NCBI GenBank assembly: GCA_037445735.1
Contig: JBBIJY010000005.1
Coordinates: 1-64,000, forward strand
Length of the DNA: 64,000 bases
Origin: Armatimonadota bacterium
GTDB taxonomy: Bacteria; Armatimonadota; Fimbriimonadia; Fimbriimonadales; GBS-DC
Direction: 5' to 3'
Position numbers and translations under genes: made by a program. The notes beneath the pieces are model-generated. The model searched no databases. It had not been told where the DNA came from and worked only from the letters and a program-made list of their open reading frames with translations. This document shows, piece after piece, positions 41,112-49,600 of the stretch. The stretch's first letter is position 1, and every line of letters begins with the position of its first letter.

Positions 41112-42612
41112 AGACAGGTTCACTCTCCGATCGAACGCCAGGATACTCCACGCGCCGATGGCGCAGGGCGACCAGCACGCGCACGAACGCCTCCTCAATC
41201 CGTTTCAGGTCGCGAAAAGTGAGCGTGCTTTCGTCCAGCTGCCCATCCTGGCGACGCATCTCGATGAGTTCATGCACATAGTTGGCAAGGCGGGCAGGGG
41301 TTGGGTTCTCCAGGCAGCGGGTAGCGGCTTCCACTGTGTCCGCCAGCATCACCAGCGCGGCTTCGCGCGTCTGCGGCTTGGGTCCGTCATACCGAAAGTG
41401 CTGTTCCAGCACCGGGTCATGCCCATCGCTGACCGCCTGGTGATAGAAGTAGGTGATGAGCGAGGTGCCGTGATGCTGGGCGATAATGTCGCACACAGCG
41501 GTGGGCAGCCGATGCTGGCGTGCCAGCTCCAGCCCATCGCGCACATGGGAGGCAATGATGCGTGCCGAAAGCGCAGGATTGATGCGCTCATGCGTATTGG
41601 GGCCCGTCTGGTTCTCGATGTAGAAGTCGGGTCGGGTGAGCTTGCCGATGTCGTGATAGTAGCCGCCGACTCGCGCCAGCATCGGATCGGCGCCGATGGC
41701 TATCGCGGCTTCTTCCGCCAGCTGCCCCACATACTGGCTGTGGAAGTAGGTGCCGGGCGCTTTATCGCGCAGCTCGCGCAGCAGCGGATGCTCCAGCGAG
41801 GCAAGCTCCATCAGCGCCATCGGGGTCGCCAGTCGGAACGGTCGCTCCAGCAGGGTCAGCCCCAGCCAGAAGAGCGCCATCGTGCCCGTGCCGCTCACAG
41901 CGCCCCAGAACGCGCCGACGCCCGCCCGAAGCCACTCGCCGTGCGTATGCAGTTGCGCGGCGAACGCGCCCGCCACCAGCAACCCGCTCAACAGCGTGCC
42001 AGTCAGCAGAAGGTCGGTGCGCCGTCGCAGTGAGGCAATCGCGAACATCGCGATCCAGCCAGTCAGCCCCACGATGCCCACCGTCAGCACGGGCAGATTC
42101 AGCGCGACGGCAACCCCGCCCAGCAGCACCGCGAAGGTCAGCACCGCCAGCAGGGGATGAATCAGCACGCTGAGCATCATGCCGCCCGCCATCAGCGGCG
42201 CGAACGCCACAAAGCCGCGCTCACTGCCCAGACTCGGCTCATTGCTTAACGCAGCCAGCACCCGCACGCCCAGCAGGCTCAAAAAGCCAATCAAAATGAG
42301 CAGGATCAGCCCCACTTCCCGCGCGCTGGGCGCAATCGGCGAGCGCAGTGCCAGCCCCGAGGGCGTCAACAGCCCCAGCTGGCGAATCAGCATCATCACC
42401 AGCGCCACCTGCGTAGCGGCAATCGCCACACGCTGGAGCCACTGCTGCGGCAGCGCGGTGATCTCACCGTTCAACACGGTCAGGGCGAGCAGGCTGAGGA
42501 TGCCCATCAACAGCGGCTCCCAGCGCAGCGCGGGCAGCCACCGCTTGCGGGACGCGGTTCGAACATTGCTGCGCCTGCGACCCTGCCTCAGAGCCGCCCA
42601 ACCGATACGCAT
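41092..42612 (-). CDS. 7TM-HD phosphohydrolase (PgpH-like)
   Basis: APGTYFHS, YYHDIGK, QHHGT, MLADTVEAA. Confidence 0.88.
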   Translation of the reverse strand: MRIGWAALRQGRRRSNVRTASRKRWLPALRWEPLLMGILSLLALTVLNGEITALPQQWLQRVAIAATQVALVMMLIRQLGLLTPSGLALRSPIAPSAREVGLILLILIGFLSLLGVRVLAALSNEPSLGSERGFVAFAPLMAGGMMLSVLIHPLLAVLTFAVLLGGVAVALNLPVLTVGIVGLTGWIAMFAIASLRRRTDLLLTGTLLSGLLVAGAFAAQLHTHGEWLRAGVGAFWGAVSGTGTMALFWLGLTLLERPFRLATPMALMELASLEHPLLRELRDKAPGTYFHSQYVGQLAEEAAIAIGADPMLARVGGYYHDIGKLTRPDFYIENQTGPNTHERINPALSARIIASHVRDGLELARQHRLPTAVCDIIAQHHGTSLITYFYHQAVSDGHDPVLEQHFRYDGPKPQTREAALVMLADTVEAATRCLENPTPARLANYVHELIEMRRQDGQLDESTLTFRDLKRIEEAFVRVLVALRHRRVEYPGVRSESEPVYVAHLP

Positions 42613-42628
42613 AGCCCTCCCAAACGCC

Positions 42629-42796
42629 TCACTTCTTCCGACGGCGCTGCTTCTGACGCCGCCGACGCTCGCTCGGCTTCTCATAGTGGGCATGCCGCTT
42701 GTACTCCTGCAAAATCCCACTCTGCTCCAGCAACTTCTTAAAGCGCTTGAGCGCGCTGTCCAGCGACTCATTCGGACGAACCTGTATCTGTGCCAA
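42629..42796 (-). CDS. rpsU: 30S ribosomal protein S21
   Basis: TTG start; MAQIQVRPNESLDSALKRFKK...GILQEYKRHAHYEKPSERRRR; not in ORF track (55 aa). Confidence 0.95.
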   Translation of the reverse strand: MAQIQVRPNESLDSALKRFKKLLEQSGILQEYKRHAHYEKPSERRRRQKQRRRKK

Positions 42797-42963
42797 CGCT
42801 ATCGTGCCTCCTTCCTCCTTCTCAAGATTATACCCATCGATTCGCGATGAATCGTCACCCTCCTGCCAATTGCCCCAGATTATATCGGTTTCCCGCGCGA
42901 AAAATCAAGAGGGCGGTTCGCCTGCAAGGAACCGCGCCCGCCGCGCCGAAAATGCATATCACG

Positions 42964-43629
42964 ATGAACCTCGTGACTCTGGAGCAGGTGCGCAACGACC
43001 CGACCGTTCGCGCCTATATTCGGGCTGCCAATCAGGCGTTATACGCGATGGGCTACACGGAACATGGCTTGCGCCACGCGGGTATCGTCGCCAATAACGC
43101 CCGCCGCCTCTGCCTCAAGCTGGGCTACACCGAGCGCCAGGCGGAACTCTCCGCGATCGCGGGCTTCCTGCACGATATCGGCAATGTGATTGCCCGCGAC
43201 CACCATGCGCAAATCGGTGGCGTGATTGCGTTTCACATCCTCACCCAGATGGGCATGCCCGCCGAAGAAATCGCCATCATCATCAGCGCGATTGGCAATC
43301 ACGAGGAGACATCCGGCTACCCCGTCAACTACGCCGCCGCAACCGTGATCTTAGCCGATAAGTCCGATGTCCACTTCTCGCGCGTGCAGAACCCGCACCG
43401 CGAGCAGTTCGACATCCACGATCGGGTCAACTTCGCCACCCAGCGCTCGCGCCTGCGCGTGCTGCCCAAAGAGCGTATCATCGAACTCAATCTGGAGATC
43501 GACACGACGGTCGCCAGCCTGATGGAATATTTCGAGATTTTTCTGGAGCGGATGGTGATGTGCCGCCGTGCCGCCGAAGCCATCGATTGCCGATTCCATT
43601 TGACCGTTAATGGCTCCCCAATTGGTTAA
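42964..43629 (+). CDS. HD-domain phosphohydrolase
   Basis: GYTEHGLRH, LHDIGN, ILADKSDVH. Confidence 0.85.
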   Translation: MNLVTLEQVRNDPTVRAYIRAANQALYAMGYTEHGLRHAGIVANNARRLCLKLGYTERQAELSAIAGFLHDIGNVIARDHHAQIGGVIAFHILTQMGMPAEEIAIIISAIGNHEETSGYPVNYAAATVILADKSDVHFSRVQNPHREQFDIHDRVNFATQRSRLRVLPKERIIELNLEIDTTVASLMEYFEIFLERMVMCRRAAEAIDCRFHLTVNGSPIG

Positions 43630-43727
43630 GCACTGAACAATTGACCCCTGTTCATCGTCTAACAGTATGGCAGGGACATCCCCTGAAATTTGTGGGTGTT
43701 CCTGACTATCGGAAGGAGGGATGTACG

Positions 43728-44237
43728 ATGCGCAAACTCTGGTGGATGGCGGTGCTGGCGCTAACAGGCGCCATCGCGGTGGCGCAGGATTGCACCGTTG
43801 AAGGCGCCTTCGGCGCGGGCACAGCCGTGTCGGAGCATTCCGATCGCCCGAACGCCCGTTTCGGGCTGAATGTGATCCATGCCACCTGCGGGGATCGGGA
43901 GTTCCGCGCGGGTGCATTCTGCTTCGAAGCGCGGGTTGAGAACCGCCTGGTGGAGATTCGCATGGTTCGCCTGACCCAGCTGGCGGTCAACGCCGAGCAT
44001 CGGGTGGCGGAGTTCGCCGGGCATGCCGTGATGACGGTTCGCACGCGCGAGGGCGTGCGCCATGTGCGCGGGCTGGTGCGCGTGCGGGTCCAGGACAACC
44101 GCCCGCGCGATAGCGACGAGGGCGACCCCGATACCATCGCGGTGGCGTTCTTCGTGCCCGATCGCACCGATCCGGTGTTCGCCTATCGGGGCACACTGGC
44201 ACGCGGCGATATCCTCGTGTTCCGCCGCGAACACTAA
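43728..44237 (+). CDS. Secreted hypothetical protein
   Basis: GGAGG RBS, signal peptide, beta-rich. Confidence 0.7.
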   Translation: MRKLWWMAVLALTGAIAVAQDCTVEGAFGAGTAVSEHSDRPNARFGLNVIHATCGDREFRAGAFCFEARVENRLVEIRMVRLTQLAVNAEHRVAEFAGHAVMTVRTREGVRHVRGLVRVRVQDNRPRDSDEGDPDTIAVAFFVPDRTDPVFAYRGTLARGDILVFRREH

Positions 44238-44255
44238 TCCCGATCTCACCCCTCA

Positions 44256-44289
44256 AATCGCCCCTTCCTGTATGCAGGAGGGGGCGATT
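44256..44289. terminator. Hairpin between convergent CDS and tRNA-Ser
   Basis: AATCGCCCCTTCCTG / CAGGAGGGGGCGATT. Confidence 0.7.
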
Positions 44290-44298
44290 AATTCTTTC

Positions 44299-44389
44299 TG
44301 GCGGAGGGGGAGGGATTCGAACCCCCGTCCCACACGAGGTGGGATGCGGTTTTCAAGACCGCCGCCTTCAACCACTCGGCCACCCCTCC
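44299..44389 (-). tRNA. tRNA-Ser(TGA)
   Basis: GCGGT-CTTGAAA-ACCGC, long variable arm, G73-CCA. Confidence 0.95.
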
Positions 44390-44412
44390 GCGCCTTTAAA
44401 TTATATACCCAT

Positions 44413-45189
44413 TCAGGGCGTCACCTCTGGGGTCAGGCTCTGTAAGTATTGTGCCACCACCGTTTCCGAATCGCCGTCGGCACGCAAAATCCCTTTGTCC
44501 AGCCAGAGGGCGCGGGGCGCAATCTGGCGCACCGCCGCCATATCGTGCGACACGAACAGAATCGTGCGCCCCTGCTGCTGAAACTCGCGGATTTTGCGGT
44601 AGCATTTTTGCTGGAAGTGGGCGTCGCCCACCGCCAGCACCTCGTCCACCAGCAGGATGTCGGCGTCCACATACGCTGCGACGGCGAAGCCCAGTCGCAT
44701 CAGCATCCCCGACGAGTAGGTGCGCACCGGCGCGTCGATATACTCCTCCAGCTCGGCGAACTGGATAATCGCGTCGAGCCGCTCGCTAATCTGTCTGCGG
44801 CTCAGCCCCAGAATGACGCCGTTGAAGTAGATATTTTCCAGCCCGGTGAGGTCGGGATGGAAGCCTGCGCCCAGCTCCAGCAGGGGCGCCACCCGCCCGT
44901 TCACCTCCAGCGTGCCACTGGTCGGGCGGTACACGCGCGCAATCAGCCCCAGCAGGGTGCTTTTGCCCGATCCGTTCTGCCCGATAATCGCAACGGTCTC
45001 GCCGCGATGGACCGTGAAGCAGACGGCGTTCAGCGCGACGACATGCTCCACCCGCCGGGGCAGGAACGAGAGCAGCAGCCCCTTGAGCGACGAGTAGGGC
45101 TGATGGGTCAGGCGGAACTCTTTGGTGAGCTTCTCGGCGCGGATGGCAACGGGCGCCATCGCAGCGGGTTCATTGACCGCCGCCGCCAT
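44413..45189 (-). CDS. Wzt/TagH-type polysaccharide export ABC ATPase
   Basis: GQNGSGKST, LELGAGFHPDLTG.EN, YSSGM, DEVLAVGD. Confidence 0.88.
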   Translation of the reverse strand: MAAAVNEPAAMAPVAIRAEKLTKEFRLTHQPYSSLKGLLLSFLPRRVEHVVALNAVCFTVHRGETVAIIGQNGSGKSTLLGLIARVYRPTSGTLEVNGRVAPLLELGAGFHPDLTGLENIYFNGVILGLSRRQISERLDAIIQFAELEEYIDAPVRTYSSGMLMRLGFAVAAYVDADILLVDEVLAVGDAHFQQKCYRKIREFQQQGRTILFVSHDMAAVRQIAPRALWLDKGILRADGDSETVVAQYLQSLTPEVTP

Positions 45190-46699
45190 AGCCCCCGCGT
45201 CCGCCACCGTAGCCACCTCGCCCGCCACCCGATGACGGCTGCTGCTGACCCGTCGGGCGCGGCACGCTCTTGCTCAAACTGTTATCCACATAGATGCCCC
45301 AGTTGAAGCGCAGGCTGTTGCCTGCCCAGTCGCTGGCAATGACGGTGAGCGTGTGGCGTCCATCGGGCAGGGGCTTTGCCGTGCTGCCACCACCCGCTTT
45401 CAGCTCCGCCGTCAGCTCTCCAGTGGACGGCTCATACACGAACGCAAGCGGCTCATCGTTCAGCAGCAGCTTGAGCGAGTCGGGATTGATGCCGCTCTGG
45501 TCGTCGCGCAGGCGCGCCCCGAAGGTCAGCGGCAACTGACCCGACATCATCTCGCCAATCGCCGGCGTCGTGCGCAGCACCACTGGCGGGATACGATCAA
45601 GCCAGTCGTAGGCGAAGGCGGTCAGACTGCCATCATCGCTGGCAATCACCAGACCCTCCTCCATGAAGACGGGGTTGCGGTTGATCGGCAGATAATACAG
45701 GGGACGGTTGTTCGCGTCGCGTGTGCCTTCGGGCGGGCGCAGCGTGTAGAGCCAGCGTATCTGTAAATCGGGCAGGGTGTAGACCACCACCGTGCCCCGC
45801 ACCGTGCTGACCCACAGGTCGCCCCTGTGGATGATCGGCGCGACCAGCGGTGGGTAGCGCGTCTCAACAGGAGTCTGGTCGCCTGCCACGATTCGCCCGT
45901 TGTGGTCAAACACATAGAGGCGGTTCTCGCGCGTGATGACGACCACATAGTTCTCGTCGGCAGCGGGCGCCAGGCGCAGCTCGGTGGTGAATCGGCGTGT
46001 CCAGCGCGGCGAGCCGCTGTTCGGATTGAGCGCAATCAGCTGGTCGTTCGCCGTCACATAGAGGCTGTTGCTGGCGTAGACGGGCTGGGCGTCATACACA
46101 GGGCTGGGCAGATTGAGCGCCCAGCGGCGGCGACCACCACTCGCAGTGATGGCGTGCAGGCTGCCACCGTTCGTGCCGAACACGATCAGATCGCCCACCT
46201 TGACCAGCCGCCCTGTGATGTAATCGCCCGCGCGGTAGGGTTCCTTCCAGAGCGGTTCCCCGCTGCGGGCATTGAGAGCGTACACCTCCCCGCGCCCTGT
46301 GCCGATATAGAGCGTGCCCTCCTCCAGCACAGGGATGGCTGTGGGCGCACTGTCGGCGGTGAAGACCCAGCGCAGCTTGCCTGTCTCAATATCCAGCGCG
46401 TATACATTCCCGTTGCTGGCGCCAATGTAGACCAGCCCCTCACCCTCCACCGGCTGCCCCAGGAAGTTAGCGTTCAGGGGCGCATCCGCAGGATACTGCC
46501 AGCGCAGCGTGCCATCCGCCCGATTAACGGCATAGAGGCGATTAAGGCACGGGTAGTAGATGGTGCGACTGCCCACACCCGGCATCGCGGGGTTATTGCG
46601 GGCAGGATTGCCGAAAAACTGCCAGGTCACCGTGGGCACCTGTGCCGCCGCCATCAGCCAGAGCCATCCGCCCAGTAAGCATAGCGTCCATCGGTTCAT
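45170..46699 (-). CDS. PQQ-like beta-propeller (BamB-like) protein with Ig-like C-terminus
   Basis: Repeated LYA.n...G...W blades; DGRHTLTVIASDWAGN. Confidence 0.8.
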   Translation of the reverse strand: MNRWTLCLLGGWLWLMAAAQVPTVTWQFFGNPARNNPAMPGVGSRTIYYPCLNRLYAVNRADGTLRWQYPADAPLNANFLGQPVEGEGLVYIGASNGNVYALDIETGKLRWVFTADSAPTAIPVLEEGTLYIGTGRGEVYALNARSGEPLWKEPYRAGDYITGRLVKVGDLIVFGTNGGSLHAITASGGRRRWALNLPSPVYDAQPVYASNSLYVTANDQLIALNPNSGSPRWTRRFTTELRLAPAADENYVVVITRENRLYVFDHNGRIVAGDQTPVETRYPPLVAPIIHRGDLWVSTVRGTVVVYTLPDLQIRWLYTLRPPEGTRDANNRPLYYLPINRNPVFMEEGLVIASDDGSLTAFAYDWLDRIPPVVLRTTPAIGEMMSGQLPLTFGARLRDDQSGINPDSLKLLLNDEPLAFVYEPSTGELTAELKAGGGSTAKPLPDGRHTLTVIASDWAGNSLRFNWGIYVDNSLSKSVPRPTGQQQPSSGGGRGGYGGGRGGYGGGGQ

Positions 46700-46796
46700 G
46701 CTTGCCTCCACACGCCACTGGTTAGACGCCGGATGCGCGTTTCCTGCTACAGGCCGTTTCAATCCTCACTTGCCCGTAAGGGCGAGTGCAGTACTG

Positions 46797-47138
46797 CTAC
46801 AGGCTGAACGAAGTGCCACATCCGCACTGTCGCTTCGCGTTCGGGTTATTGAATCGGAACCCGCCACCGATGAGTTCACCCGTGTAGTCGATGGTGGTAC
46901 CCTGCAGGATGCGCGCACTCCTGGGGTCGATCAGGATACGCAGCCCATCCAGCTCGAACTGGAGGTCGTTGGGGCGCGGCGACTCTTCGGGCTGCATCAC
47001 ATACTCCAGCCCGGAGCAGCCACCCGCGCGCACGCCGATACGCAGGTAGGCGTCGGGTTTGCCCCGCCGCGCCAGTAGCTGCTTGATCCGCGCCACTGCC
47101 CGCGCCGTGATCTCCACTGGCATCGCCGTCTGTCGCAT
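46797..47138 (-). CDS. iscA: HesB/IscA Fe-S assembly accessory protein
   Basis: GGCSGLEY, NPNA..CGCGTSF. Confidence 0.92.
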   Translation of the reverse strand: MRQTAMPVEITARAVARIKQLLARRGKPDAYLRIGVRAGGCSGLEYVMQPEESPRPNDLQFELDGLRILIDPRSARILQGTTIDYTGELIGGGFRFNNPNAKRQCGCGTSFSL

Positions 47139-47257
47139 CGTAAACAATTATACCCGACTGGCTCCGCGCTGATTCTGGGAGCGGAAACAGTTTGTGGCTG
47201 ATCCACGAGGCGACACCTGAAAGTATGAATGGCTCCCTGCCAGGCTGCGCGGCACGG

Positions 47258-48148
47258 CTACGCGGTTAGCATCACTTCCAGCAGCAGGCGCGCGGCGATC
47301 AGAGCGCTGTTGCCGCTGGGGTCGAGCGCAGGGGTGAGTTCCACAAGGTCGGCACCGAGCAGGGTGTTGCGCCGGGCGACCAGCTGAATAATCTGCGCCA
47401 CTTCACCGAAGCTCAGTCCGTCGGGTTCAGGGCTGCTGGTGGCGGGCAGAACGGCGGGATCCAGCGCATCCACATCCAGCGAGAGATAGACTGGCTTGCC
47501 CGCTGGCAGAGCGTCTGGCGAGGGTTGCTGGCGCCACTCATCACAAAAGAGGAGCGTGTGCCCGCGCGCCTGCGCCGCCTGAACCGCCTCAGGGTCGAAC
47601 CGCACACCGCGCAGCCCAATCGTGGTGATATGCGCAAGGTTGGGCATCGCCTCCACCGCGCGGCGGAACGGGCTGGAGTTGGAATAGCGCGTGCCATCCC
47701 GCTCGTCGCTGAAGTCGAGGTGCGCATCGATCTGTACCACATGCAGGCCGGGCACATCGTCGAAGGCGAGCAGCAGCGGGTAAGTGATGCTGTGGTCGCC
47801 GCCGATGAAGAGGGGCAGCTTCACACGCTGGCGCAGGGTGCGCGCCGCCGCCGTGATGCGGTCAAATGCCAGCTCGTAGTTCAGCGTCGGGATGTCCACA
47901 TCGCCCGCGTCGATCACCTGCACCCCGCGCAGTCGCCAGCCCTCGCGCGGGTGATAGTAGCCGTCGGGCGAGAGCGCGTAGCGCAGGCTCGTCTGCCGAA
48001 CCGCCTGCGGCGCGAAGCGTGCGCCCGGACGGTAGCCGACAGTGATGTCGAACGGCACGCCCAGCACGCCCACATCCGCCTGCCACGATTCGCTCAGCGG
48101 GCGATGGGGCGCCCGCAAAAAGGTCGCAATGCCGGCAAACGGCAACAT
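47258..48148 (-). CDS. Agmatinase/arginase family protein
   Basis: GGDHSIT, DAHLD, SLDVDALDP. Confidence 0.88.
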   Translation of the reverse strand: MLPFAGIATFLRAPHRPLSESWQADVGVLGVPFDITVGYRPGARFAPQAVRQTSLRYALSPDGYYHPREGWRLRGVQVIDAGDVDIPTLNYELAFDRITAAARTLRQRVKLPLFIGGDHSITYPLLLAFDDVPGLHVVQIDAHLDFSDERDGTRYSNSSPFRRAVEAMPNLAHITTIGLRGVRFDPEAVQAAQARGHTLLFCDEWRQQPSPDALPAGKPVYLSLDVDALDPAVLPATSSPEPDGLSFGEVAQIIQLVARRNTLLGADLVELTPALDPSGNSALIAARLLLEVMLTA

Positions 48149-49594
48149 TCAGAGAATTATATCCTCAATCACGCGCCCGGCGACATCGGTCAGGCGGAAG
48201 TTGCGACCCTGATACCAGTAGGTCAGGTGGGTGTGGTCGATGCCCATCAGGTGCAGGATGGTGGCGTGCAGGTCATGCACATGCACGGGGTTCTCCGTCA
48301 CATGGTAGCCGAGTTCATCGGTGGCGCCGTAGGTGATGCCGGGCTTGACCCCACCGCCTGCCATCCAGATGGTGAAGGCGCGCGGGTGATGGTCGCGTCC
48401 GAGATAGGTGGAGCCGCCGCGCCCCTCTTTCATCGGCGTGCGCCCGAACTCACCGCCCCAGATGACCAGCGTATCCTCCAGCAGCCCGCGCTGCTTGAGG
48501 TCAATAATCAGTGCGGCGCAGGCGCGATCCACCTCGCTGCAGAGGCGCGGCAACGCTTTGGAGATGCTGTCGCTTTCGAACGCGCCGTGATGGTCCCAGC
48601 CACGATGGTAGAGCTGCACAAACCGCACGCCGCGCTCCACCAGCCGTCGCGCCAGCAGGCAGTTGTTCGCGAACGAGGGCTTGCCCGGCGTCGTGCCGTA
48701 CAGCTGGTGGATATGCTCTGGCTCCTTGCTGATGTCCATCAGCTCAGGCACGCTGCTCTGCATGCGGTACGCCAGCTCGTAGGCGTTGATGCGCGTCTCG
48801 ATTTCGGGGTCGCCCACCGATTCGAACTTCATGCGGTCGAGGTCGCTGATGGCTTCGACGGTCTCGCGCCGCACTTCGGCGTCGATGCCGTCGGGGTTGG
48901 ACACATACAGCACAGGGTCACCCTTGCTGCGGAACTCGACGCCCTGATAGACAGTGGGCAAAAAGCCGCTGCTCCAGCAGGCGTGCCCGCCGTCGGGTCG
49001 GTTCGCGCCAGAAATCAGCACCACGAAACCTGGCAAATCCCGATTTTCCGTGCCCAGCCCGTAGGTGAGCCATGACCCCATGCTGGGACGCCCTGGCAGC
49101 TGGTGTCCTGTGTTCATGTAAATCTGCGCGGGCGCGTGATTGAACTGATCGGTCTGCATCGAGCGGATGATACAGATGTCGTCAGCAATCTGGGCGATAT
49201 GGGGCAACAGCTCGGAGATTTCCTGACCCGACTGACCGTGCTTGCTGAACTTGTAGGGCGAGCCAAGCAGAGTCGGACGCCCCTTGATAAAAGCGAACCG
49301 TTCGCCCTGCAGTAAACTTTCAGGACATGGCTGACCGTCATAGCGCTGGAGCGTGGGCTTGTAATCGAACAGGTCGAGCTGGGACGGCGCACCTGCCATA
49401 AACAGGAAGATAATCCGTTTGGCGCGCGGCTTGAAGTGCGGTTGTTTCGGCGCGAGCGGGTCAATCGCGGCGAACAGCTTCTCATTCAGCAGGGCGTTCA
49501 GCGCAAGCGCACCGATGCCATAGCCGCACATCCGGAAGAAATGGCGGCGCGTAATCTGCTTCAATGTCTCCTGATCCAGTTTTTGTGAGCGCAT
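48149..49594 (-). CDS. DUF1501 family protein
   Basis: [47 protein letters not shown]. Confidence 0.88.
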   Translation of the reverse strand: MRSQKLDQETLKQITRRHFFRMCGYGIGALALNALLNEKLFAAIDPLAPKQPHFKPRAKRIIFLFMAGAPSQLDLFDYKPTLQRYDGQPCPESLLQGERFAFIKGRPTLLGSPYKFSKHGQSGQEISELLPHIAQIADDICIIRSMQTDQFNHAPAQIYMNTGHQLPGRPSMGSWLTYGLGTENRDLPGFVVLISGANRPDGGHACWSSGFLPTVYQGVEFRSKGDPVLYVSNPDGIDAEVRRETVEAISDLDRMKFESVGDPEIETRINAYELAYRMQSSVPELMDISKEPEHIHQLYGTTPGKPSFANNCLLARRLVERGVRFVQLYHRGWDHHGAFESDSISKALPRLCSEVDRACAALIIDLKQRGLLEDTLVIWGGEFGRTPMKEGRGGSTYLGRDHHPRAFTIWMAGGGVKPGITYGATDELGYHVTENPVHVHDLHATILHLMGIDHTHLTYWYQGRNFRLTDVAGRVIEDIIL

Positions 49595-49600
49595 GGTTTT

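Noticed and set aside
44299-45189. Integrative element at tRNA-Ser
   Set aside because: No integrase and no duplicated tRNA 3' end seen; the neighbouring Wzt-like ATPase has host-like composition
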